Origin: Flaccisagitta enflata
Taxonomy: Eukaryota
Direction of reading: 5' to 3'
Assembly (NCBI GenBank): GCA_965153355.1
Contig: OZ231126.1
Location: forward strand, 27,032,001-27,096,000
DNA length: 64,000 nt
Shown here piece after piece: positions 37,607 to 49,135 of the stretch. Made by a program: the position numbers and the translations under genes. The notes beneath the pieces are model-generated. The model was not told where the DNA came from. It worked only from the letters and a program-made list of their open reading frames with translations, and searched no databases. The number at the start of each line of letters is the position of its first letter. Position 1 is the first letter of the stretch.

Positions 37607-38060
37607 TCTTTGACCCCGACGCAGGACTTCGCGGAGAAAGAATTGGCGAAAGTGTATCAGGAAAGACCAGAGAACCACATTAGGTTTAAACGTTGTATCT
37701 TATGCAGTGCAAAGTAACAATGAACTCCAAAGTTTTCCGATCAGCTGCCGAAACATCGCCCTTAAAGATCGTGAATTCATTCGCATTTTCCCGAATCCGG
37801 CCAATGATGGCAGCTAGTTCCGTTTTCTGTTTTACTAAGGATTGGTCACGTTCTTCATTAAAGACGTCTTCCGTTTCTGTTTCTTCGTCGGTTTCTTCCA
37901 TCTGATCCCTTGCAAGGTGCAATTGGGCATTTTTACTTTGAAATGGAAAATAACGATTCATGGCAGCCCGGTCGAAGATTTCCAACAGGACCATAGTGAA
38001 AAGTATCCAACAGATAATGAAGCAACCAAATATGTTTAATGTCGACGTCTTCAGGTTCAT
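37607..38060 (-). CDS. Putative first exon (38060-37726) plus 20-nt microexon (37626-37607) of the CK2alpha-like gene; encodes a hydrophobic signal-anchor
   Basis: ORF MNLKTSTLNIFGCFIICWILFTMVLLEIFD...EETDEETETED. Phases 2 and 1 join it in frame to the 36469 exon, giving 493 codons including the stop. The donor GA/GTTCAT and the 36469 acceptor are weak. Confidence 0.5.
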
Positions 38061-40004
38061 TGTAGAGCCAGTGCAAAGGTATGGGCTCAATTTTAAACAT
38101 TACAGTATATCTGGACTTCCTCAATTAGCAACTCCAAACAAAACCAGTAGCGTGTTAGGCCATGCACGGTCGTTCTTGCGCAAATGCAGGAGTTCTCAAG
38201 TTTTCCAGTCAAGCACTGTCAACCGACTCCACGGAACAAACCAGCAGACAGGCTAACCGACCAGCAATCATTAACCAGCACACCCTACAGTCAAATAACC
38301 GAAATTACGCGATACAACGGACACTATTAATATTTGAGTGTTAAAACGAATGAAAGACCAGATAAACTATGTATGTCACCAGGCCGGTGAATGTAGTCTT
38401 CGCGGGACGAATGACACAAGAGTTTTTTTTAAAGTCTTTCAAGTTAGGTTGATGTAAAATATATATCTTATGATGAAAACTAGACGGAGCCCCCTTGAAG
38501 AGAGTAAAGAACTATTTTAAGCCCGTTAGGTTCTTGGTTAGTACGCCATGTCGTAAATCGACCAGCCCCTCTTTCTGCTCTTTGTAGGGATTTCTTCTTA
38601 CTTAACAGCGAATCAGTTCCATAAGGGAATTCTTTTTTTTACATTCGGTTTGCAGTTAAATAAACAGGTGCTTATTTTCTTTTGAGCAGCTCTTCCAAAA
38701 CCGAAATCGGGCGTAAAAACGCTGCGCATGATGATGGTTAGAGGCAAGCTCAAAGACCTTTTATATCAAATTAAATATAAGAAAAAAAGACTTTATAAGG
38801 TCAAATCACCAAAGAGGGAGCACAGAGCGCCAAGCATAATTTCGTGGCGAGAATTGTTTGTATATCTGATGAATGTTGACTTTAAAATTTTCCTTTTAAT
38901 AAATGCATTTTAAGGAATCGGATATACTCCATTGATGTAAGAAATAAAAAGCAAAGAAAAACGCCATTCTTGATCTGAACCTTCCCACTTGCGCGTCGGT
39001 AAGAGTAATGTCACAGAAAATCATAAAATTTTTCGCTCTCAAAATAAACTGAATTGAAGAAAAATAAAAAATAAAGGCGAGTTGAATTCTTTAATTGAAT
39101 TATTCCCATCAGTAAAAAAGACAACGCAACGCGCATCGAGAGACAAAAACATCTATCCTTACGTTGGAAAAGAGGGAATTGAAAAAAAGCAATCAGGCGA
39201 AAACATTTTTTTCTGGGTTTAGAAAAGAAAAGAAAATGCCCGACAAAGGAAAGACCAGATAAAAACTGTCACGACATTAAAGAGCCTCCAGTCTGAGATT
39301 CTTACTGAGAAAGGTTAGTCTGGTCATTAGATGATCCGTCAGTGTGCCAACAGAATGAACGCTGAATACAGAAGAACCCCGTTCTAACGAAACAGAAGAA
39401 TGGGAAATATCTTATACAAGGGCCAACCGAAACAGAATTATCCGCTGAAGTCAGATAAGACCAAAATCTGAATTTTCTTTTAGTCCCTTAATACCTGCTA
39501 AAGCGAAAGCTGATTGTAAAGAGAAATTATCGCGGCCAATGGGTGACCGTTACAACTATTCTTTTCTTGTTTACAGAAATGCAGCAGCGCCTACACAACG
39601 TTCCTCTCTTCATCACATGCGCCATCTCATCATTCCTGGTTCAAATTTATTGGACGCTGGAGGAATTCGGCGAATCAAAAACTTACAAAACACAAATGTT
39701 TATGAAAACTATTTCTCAGGGAAATAAAAACAATTTCAATCCAAGACAAGATTCAGCTGTTTCGCAAAGCGAGAAAATTAGTCCCTAGATCCCTCGGCCC
39801 GGTCTTCTCAGAATGCCTGTGTACTGTGTAGGTACTTAATCTTCTAATCAGAAATTGCTTGAGAGTTAAGATCGTTTACAATTTCTCCCCCTACATACCA
39901 CCCTTGCCTTCTCCACCCTCACCTATTACACCTATTTTTCTCAGTTTGAAGAACGAAATTGTTTCCCTAGGGTGACCTTGAAAGGGAAAGTCAACTCACT
40001 ATCA

Positions 40005-40081
<77 letters not shown>

Positions 40082-43000
40082 GGGACTTAATTTGAATGGG
40101 ACGCGAGACCCCTGGAGGTCGCCAACTGAGAAAGTAAGCAAGATGACAAACATTTCTTCTTTTCTCAGTTGGCACTTTCACTTTCCAAATTTGGCGTCTT
40201 TCGACTCGAGTCTCACCCCGATACAGATACGATTGTATATAAACGTATTTTCCGATGCGTCAGACTCACAAAAATCTTCACAGGGATCAAAAGAGTAGAA
40301 ATTCAAAGAGAGAGTGAATCGGCAGAGGGGGGAAGACACCCCAACGAGAGGCGTTAAATAAATCAAGCTCCGCCGATGTGAGATGGAGAGAGAGAGGAAA
40401 TGGATAGGGAGAAGGAAATGTAAATCAGCCGATCAGATCGTAGAACAGAGGGCCGCGTTATATGTACAGATGTAGGGTAGTAAACTGCAGACGATTGATC
40501 CAGGCCAGAGTAAGATGACTATGATGCATTATTCATCTTAGGATTGCACATGGTAAGTAGCACCCAGTGCCCTGCTCAAAGACCAAATGATTATTTGAAA
40601 CGGCAGAGTTATATAATCTGTGAGCTAATACTTTATGAAATTCATAGTAAATTACCCAAGCGAGTGTATTGAAGGCCTAGAAAAGCTGATTTTTTTGGCT
40701 AGGGGGGCAAATTTCCAAAATAGAATAGCAACTTCAAAATATAGGAGTGAGATATCATGAATCAAAAAATTTAGAAAGCCAACCAAAAAGAAGGATGAAT
40801 ACAAACACATTAAAAATTTACCAGTGTTCTAAAGGATAGCGTCCCTTTGGGGCTGCTGCCCAAAAAGTAGTTGCGCGTGTTTGTGTGTTTGGAGGGGGCG
40901 TGAGAGAGAACCATTGTAAAGAGGGGAGGGGGGTTATCAAGAATTTCGCATGCGTCTTAGTCGCGCGTGTTCTTGTGATTTGTAAACTCCGTCGGTGACA
41001 AAAAAGATATTTTCCTATTCATTTGTCATATGTTTGAGCATGCGCGAAAAACCTCAATCACCCCATCGATTCGATTCAAAATTCGGCGTTACTACAATTG
41101 TGATGTTCATAACGGGTTGGTGGAGTAGGAGGAGAGGAAATCTAATTAGTAACAGAATCAGGAACTATGTATTCGAGATGAAAGCTAAAGAGGGGCTGTA
41201 TCAACAAGAAAGCGTCGAGATGTGGAAAACAACTCCCCGTGGGCCAAGATTAAAAGCAAACGAGCTAGAGACTGGAGAGAGGCGAGAAGCGAGTGCACTT
41301 AGCATCCATTTTCCAGATCAGAACAAAATTTAGGTCCTTGAAAATGATCTACTATCTTACATCGATGCTCTGATATCTTTCAGGATTTCCAAAAGTTGAA
41401 GGCAACCATGCTTAACTACTCTTTTTCCAATTTCCAATCACTTCAATCAATAGATTTGAGTGAATTAGAACGAAAACTGTAGCCACCCCCCTATTCCCCC
41501 CTCCCTAGAGTCCAGCACATTGATTCATAACTTTGATTGATGTATCATCTGATAGCTTGCGTGAATACAAAAGGCGCCATCATGACGTTTTTGTAGTTTT
41601 GCCCCGATTCTCTCAGTGATTACAGCTAAAAGTGTTATAAGACTGGTGTCACGCTTAGCCGACCTTGGACGGGATGAAATTCATCAATTTCACATGTTTG
41701 AAAATTAAACAAAACCATACATCATCATGTAGCTTACCAATTTTTACGTATGAATCCATTCGTGAGTTTTCTTAAGTAAGCTCATTTTTCATGCAAATTA
41801 GGCTTATATACATATTGTTGGCAATTTTATTACTAGAAAATTTAGCTAGATACAATCAAGAAATCAATATGACAGTAAAATTCTTATTGATAACGTTCAA
41901 GCAAACATGCGTTATCATGTTTCTGAAATTTTTTTGAATTTTTTTGGTTTTTTAAAAAAATCTCTATAAGTACCATTTCTGGCTGGGTGGGCTGTTGGTA
42001 GAAAGATTTTTTCCCCAAGCTTTTCTTCATGCCAGTGATGAGGAATCTTTAAAGGAAGCTTCATGCAAAATTTCAACCAGATCGGACAATTATTTTAGAA
42101 GTTATGCAATTTTTTCATTTTTTCATCTGGTAGGCTAGTTGGTCTGGTTGGACTGCTCGACATTCTTTAGGTCGCATCAGATTTTAGGCAAAGGACCCTC
42201 TTGATCCAGATACCAACCATGCAAAATTTCATAGGGCTAGCTCAAATAGTTCCTGAGATATGCGAATTTGAATTTTGAGAAATTTTACCAAATTGAAACT
42301 TAAAAGCAGCGCGCATTTGTGTGAGAAGCGCTGTGTGGAAACAAAGAATTAACTACGAGATTTGGTCGGCGAGCGTTACAATTCAGTTCTCATTTTTGTG
42401 GTGACCAACTTTGGAATTTCACTGTGACCAAACGAATTGTAGTTAAGACTTGAAATTTTGCATGGTTGTACAGAATTTGACCCTCTTTCCTGTCATGAAA
42501 ATCGATTTTCCGTCAATCATGTTGCTATGCCATGGGATAGTATGAATCATAGTGTGACACAAGTGTGACAGCTTCTACGACGAGCACCCCTGAATTGTAA
42601 CGCTTCAGGAAAATGTTGATTTCTCCAAAATGAAATGGAAAAAATCCTTGAAAATTGGAGGAAAGGTCCTTCAATTAGTCGGTAATGCAATGAAAAAAGA
42701 AAATATGCTTAATGTTTTGAGAATGATAGGTTTATAAAAAAAAACTCTCTACCTCCCTAATTTTGAGTGAAAAATGCCAAAAAATAAAGGGGGAGAGTAC
42801 TATACTTTAACATTATTTTTGTCATCCTACAGTTAAAACATTGAATTGAAACTTTCTACACATATCAATGGATTGATAGTGATTGCTTACGAGCTACAGG
42901 ATGACCCCCATTGACATTTCTTGATTGGTTAAAATTGCATTATGCTTGCAGGGACAGAATCGGGACAGGCCAAAATACACCCTTCTACCCCTATTTTTGA

Positions 43001-43589
43001 CCCCATAGGGGTAGTTGGCGTGGCAAAAATTGGTTTCGTTTGGTACACCAGATAGTTATGTATGTCACCCAACCTATGTAGCCATATGCAATTCAGTAGA
43101 AGAAGCGATAACACTTCTACATTAGTGGAGAGTAAGGGTTTTTTGCGCGCATGACGATGCTCGGAATTAGTCATAAGTGTTGAATCAACCTGTTTTCGAA
43201 CGACTAAATAAATCAAATTTCACTTTTTTAAAGGAAAAACAAACATTCGTTAGGCGACATAATTCAAAAAACTCTTTTATAAAATCTTTAATCAATGCAT
43301 CTTGGCGATAGCGTTGTTATTCCTGTCTCCCAACAAAAGACCGGGAGAAAGCAGTTTTAACACGCCCAAAACTGCAGATTCGGAAACAAATCGCTAGTCC
43401 CAATGCCATTGTCACTGACCCGGCGCCAAAGAAAAGGAACCGACGCCTAAGACAAAACCAAACGCCAGAGGCAAAATCAAACGGTAAATGCCAAGAGAGA
43501 AAAGACCTAACGCCAGCTCAAGCAATCGTTAAAGACAATCGTTGGAAACAGTTGTCAGAGACAGTCGTCAGATACAATACATGGCCTCC

Positions 43590-45015
43590 TGAGCCTTGAA
43601 TTAGGCCTTTCAGACCACAAATCAGGCCTTTCAGACCCAAAATCAGGCCTTTCAGACCCAAAATCAGGACTATCAGATCCCAAATCAGGCCTTCCAGACC
43701 TCAATCTAGGCCTCTCAGAACCTCAATCAGGCCTTTCAGACCCCAAATTAGGCTTTCCAGACCTCAAATTAGGCCTTTTAGAACCCCAATCAGGCCTCTC
43801 AGAACCCCAATCAGGCCTTTCAGATCTAAAATCAGGCCTTGACATACCCCAAATAAGGCCTGCTGGAACCCAGATCAGGCCATCTAGACCTCAAATCAGG
43901 CCAATCAATACCAAATTCAGGCCTATCAATACCTAATTCAGTCCTCTCAGATCCAAATCTGGCCTTTTCAGACCCCAAAACGCCTTTCAAACCCAAAATC
44001 ACGCCTTCTATACCTCAAAGTAGGCCTATCAGACCCAGATCAGACCTTCCCAGCCCATAATCAGGCCTCAATACCAAATTCAGGCCTATAATCCTAATTC
44101 AGTCCTCAGATCCAAATCAGGCCTCAGACCCCAAAACGCCTTTAGACCCAAAATCAGGCCTTCTATACCTCAAATAGGCCTTAGACCTCAAATCAGGCAC
44201 CTTCCCAGCCCATAATCAGGTCTCGAGCCCTGAATTAGACCCATAATCAGGCCTCGAGCCCTGAATTAGACCCAGAATCAGGCCTCTAAGCCCCGAAACC
44301 AGCACCTTAGACCTCAAATCAGGCACCTTAGACCTCAAATCAGGCACCTTAGACCTCAAATCAGGCACCTTAGACCTCAAATCAGGCACCTTAGACCTCA
44401 AATCAGGCACCTGAGACCTCAAATCAGGCACCTGAGACCTCAAATCAGGCACCTGAGACCTCAAATCAGGCATCTGAGACCTCAAATCAGGCATCTGAGA
44501 CCTCAAATCAGGCATCTGAGACCTCAAATCAGGCATCTGAGACCTCAAATCAGGCATCTGAGACCTCAAATCAGGCATCTGAGACCTCAAATCAGGCATC
44601 TGAGACCTCAAATCAGTGCATCTGAGACCTCAAATCAGGCATCTGAGACCTCAAATCAGGCATCTGAGACCTCAACTCAGGCATCTGAGACCTCAAATCA
44701 GGCATCTGAGACCTCAAATCAGGCATCTGAGACCTCAAATCAGGCATCTGAGACCTCAAATCAGGCATCTGAGAACTCAAATCAGGCATCTGAGACCTCA
44801 AATCAGGCATCTGAGACCTCAAATCAGGCATCTGAGACCTCAAATCAGGCATCTGAGACCTCAAATCAGGCATCTGAGACCTCAAATCAGGCATCTGAGA
44901 CCTCAAATCAGGCATCTGAGACCTCAAATAAGGCATCTGAGACCTCAAATAAGGCATCTGAGACCTCAAATAAGGCATCTGAGACCTCAAATCAGGCATC
45001 TGAGACCTCAAATCG
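43590..45015. repeat. 21-bp tandem array: degenerate 43590-44300, homogeneous 44300-45015 (AGACCTCAAATCAGGCATCTG)
   Basis: Read directly. The unit resembles the central 21-mers of HINE family A. Confidence 0.95.
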
Positions 45016-46311
45016 GACTATTATGATTTGGGAAGTTATAATTTCCCCATATTTTCTTTTTTTCTCTTTTTTTGGCAGTGGCCCCGAAGAGGGCTTAGTC
45101 CTGTAGAACGCAGGGTTAGTTTTATTCATTTGTTCGTTCATCCATCCGTTTGTTCGTCCATCCCCCCCCCCCCCAGCCCTCTCAGACCTGTAATCAGCCC
45201 TTTCAAGCTTGAAGTCTGTCCTCTCCAGTCATAAACCTGCCCTTACAGATTCAAGGCCTGAAATGGCAGATTTCAGGCCTGAGAGGGCCGGGGGGGACGG
45301 TCAGATGGACGGATGAACAAATGAACAAACTAAAGTCCCCCCGTGTTGTACAGGACATTGTTCCCTTTAGGACCGCTGCCCTGCTTCCTCTTACTCCAAC
45401 TTACAATCATGCAAAGCAGAGCAACGGGTTACGCTGACCACATATTGCCCTTGGGCGACTGGCAGCCCCTTTGATTTCCTTCCCCATCTGCAAACCCTTT
45501 GAACTCAATTATCGAGAAAAAAGTTGAAGTCAGTCTTCGACTTTTTGACATATTCGAGAGAAACAGGGTTTTCATTTTCTTATGGGGAAGTTGTGAATCT
45601 CTTCCGGCTGATTGGGGCCTCCAATGAAATTGATAGGGTAAGTAAATTTAATAATTTTCTTTTATTTGGCGCCAAGCAGAATGCTCTACAGCAAATATTT
45701 TTTGCGCTATGAATTTTTAAAGATTTATGTACGAAGAATTCTAATTAATTTTTTCTTAATTTTTAATGATTTTAAGTAGGATCAATATAGGAATGCATTT
45801 AAGTTGGTTTTAGCATGGAAATACAAGAAGACATGTTTATGAGCATAGCTGCTCATCTGTGAGAGTGTTTTTGAGCATTTTAGCTCATTTAGCTCAATTT
45901 ATTTTTCTGATTTTAGATGCGACAAGTGAATAAATATTCTGATACATATTTAAGCAAGCAGCCATAAGAAAGCATGTCAGTGAGCAGAGCTGCTCATCTG
46001 TGAAGGTGTTTTTTAGTATTCTAGCTCATTTGGCTCATTTGGCTCAGTTTTTTATCTAAGATTTAATAGGATGAATGAATATTTTAATACAGCATGCAAA
46101 CACAAGAAAGCATTTCAGTTAGCATAGCTGGATATTTGGTTGATCGATTTTGAGTATTTTAGCTCATCTAGCTCAGTTTGGTCCTATTTTTCTCTGATTT
46201 TCAGTGCAATCAATACATACAACTGTTTTTGATTTGATCTAACAAATAAAAAAAAATGCAGGAATAGAAGATAAAAGCTTGGTGAAAAGTGACCAATGCT
46301 TACGACTTTTT

Positions 46312-47350
46312 GTCCTCGACGATCAGTTTACGTCGAGGACTATAACATAGCCTTGATCGTGTAGTAAGCCGTTTGTTTGTTTGTTGTCTCAACCCTTAAA
46401 AACTTGAGAACCACAACTCAGATGTTGATGAAACTTGGTCAGTGTTATTTTTAGGGCATTACTAACCTGTGTACCAACTTTCAACAACATTCATAAATAT
46501 TTAATACCCTTTGCCTATTATTTTGTAGTAATATTAATTCCTGGACTTGTGCAATTTACATAGGGGAAGGGTAGTAAAGGTTCACCAATGTTGTTCAAAG
46601 TTGTTGTGAAGGTTTATTGCATCAATCAAAGCTCCCCTGCAAGATTTCAGATAATTCTGAGTATTGGTTTAGAAGATATAAGGGTATTTTGCCAGAAAAA
46701 TTAATTCCTGGACTTGTGCAATTTACATAGGGGAATGGTTGTAAAGGTTCTCTAATTTTGTTCAAACTTGTTGTGAAGGTTCATTGCATCAATTAAAGCT
46801 CCCCTGCAAGATTTCAGTAAATTCTGAGTATTGGTTAAGAAAATATAAGGGTATTTATGATGTATCTGGTAACATTATTTCTTGGACTTGAAGAATTTTT
46901 TTTTCAAAAAAAATTTTTTTTTTTGAAATTTTTTTTTGAAAAAAATTTATTTTTGAATTTTTTTTTTTAAATATTTTTTTGAAAAAAATTTTTTTCAGAA
47001 AAATAATTCTTTTCTTGAAATTTTTTTTTTTTTTAAATTTGAAAAGTTTTTGTGATCTTTTTTATTGTTGGATTATAAGGTATGCTTTCATGGACTTCAA
47101 GGAATGCCATCATGGACTTCAAGGAATGCCATCATGGGCTTCCAAGGTATGCCATCATAGGCTGCAAGGTATGCCACCATGAACTTCAAGGTATACCATC
47201 ATGGACTTTAAGGTATGCAATTGGTAGCTGGGTCAGACTGAGTAGCCGGGTCAGACTGAGTAGCCGGGTCAGACTGAGTAGCCGGGTCAGACTGAGTAGC
47301 CGGGTCAGACACCAAATAGACTACAGTCGAGGACTGTTGTTTTTAAGCTT
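46312..47350 (+). mobile_element. HINE-like family C, copy 1
   Basis: 5' GTCCTCGAC-loop-GTCGAGGAC hairpin, 3' GTCGAGGAC, T-run flanks; internal ~165-, 21- and 18-bp repeats. Near-identical ends to 54108-55490. Confidence 0.8.
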
Positions 47351-49135
47351 TTTTCCTCACGGCGACAGCCGCCATTACTGGTATACAGGCCTGCAATCGT
47401 CAAAGACAATCGTCAGAGAACAAGTGTCGCGGGGAAGCATTATTGTTGCGGATTGGTAGACCCCATCCACAGCCCAACCCCCACTCCCACACAGACAAAC
47501 TTACACAACGTGTTTTAAACGCTCTTTTTTCCGCTTTTTGACTAACACCACGGACGGACCGACCGAAGGACGGACCAACGAACGGACCAACTTATATACC
47601 GCCATGCATTCCAACTACCTAGATGAAGCCTGTATATGTATACTACCCAACACACAAGTAAGAACTAAATAAGAGATTTTAAGAACAACAACCACTAAGG
47701 CAACAGAGGATACCGATTGAGTAACAAATAGCAGCAAATAACAAGTATGTACCGCCAGAGGAAAGGCACTCCTTAACGATTAAATGAAATTAGATCACCT
47801 CGGTCCCACACAAAAACAAGTTTCGGCGCTCATAACCACTAATTCAACTATACTTTAGGGTTTGTTTTAAGATTTGTAAGCCCAAAGAATTGTTAGGTTG
47901 CGATGTTACAGGGATTGCAGAACGTTTCAGTTTAACCCTGCAAGAACGAATGTCAACAAACAATTTCTATCCAAGTAGAACTTAAAAGAAATCAATACAA
48001 AAGGACTAAAAATCCACATTCGTTATAAGCGGATTCCCATTACTCCTGGATCCGTGATAACTGTAGACTGTAGTAACGAAGCTCTTATTTTGCCAAATTT
48101 ATATGATGTCGTCAGAGAACTTTACCTATTTTGATTTAATTTCCCAAACTTAAAACATCCCTCTTAAACTCACCTAGCATGAAAAGAAGCGTTTGATATG
48201 GAACCACGCGTCGAAGATCCGCATTAATCCATGAATCTCGCCGAGCTTCCCCCTTCCGCTTTATGCCCCCGGCCTTTCTGTTTCAAATTGTTGGAATTAT
48301 GTTTATCCGACAACGCCTTGGATTTGATCCAGTTTCTGAGTCACCAAAACACAAGATTTGCTCTCAATTGTTCGAATTTCTTCTCGTCGTTCGACGGGAG
48401 GTAGTTCAATGAAAGAGCGAGGAATCTGCGTAATACAGAGAAAGAAAGACAATATGAAGTGAGACAAGGCGGAGTAACAATCTTGATGTACGCCTTATTG
48501 GGAATTAGATCATTATCAATCTATCATTAAAAGAAGTGACTGGGTTGGTTTCTTTAGAACGCGCGCGCAATGGAGCATGGGAGAGATCGTGGAGAAAAGA
48601 GCAAAGGAGAGGGAAAATTGTCATAGAAAACACTCATGGTTACAATCTAACAATCAAACTGATTGACGCCGCATAAGAGACGCTGTTCGGTGTTGAATCT
48701 CACGATGTTATGATGATTTTGAGGCATGAGGCGGTGATGGATGGATTACTTTCAAGTGGTTGAACAAATCTTTCTTTTAATTTTTTCATTATTTTTATCT
48801 CCCCATTAGATTCGCGAGCAACGGATTTTCTAGGCGAGCAAAAAAAAAAGATATCTGAAAAACTTGATTTAAGGCGGCTCTGCAGCGCCGGTGGAAGATA
48901 TTCATAGATCCTTTAAAAACGAAGAAACCTCACCTTGATAAGAGATGTTAGGATGATGCGGATGATGATGATGATCCTCCGCGGAGATGCTGTCACTGGA
49001 CGCTGTCGCCGCCGACGACGAGGGGCTGCTGACGCTGCTGAAGACCATCCAAAAAGATATAGCAGACGAAGATGGAACGATATTGTGACCCCGCGTCACT
49101 TCTTTCTCATCATGTGAATTCTTTTCCGGCTACAG

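Noticed and set aside
40169-40190. FHFP as the KSR FxFP ERK-docking exon
   Set aside because: A four-residue match with no other KSR similarity, and the N-lobe exons that should follow are absent.
44216-45026. ORFs (RSQMPDL)n and (RHLRPQI)n
   Set aside because: Translation of the 21-bp satellite; no splice or start context.
48225-48425. In-frame TGA in a minus-strand frame as selenocysteine
   Set aside because: No selenoprotein similarity, no SECIS identified, and the frame itself is unsupported.
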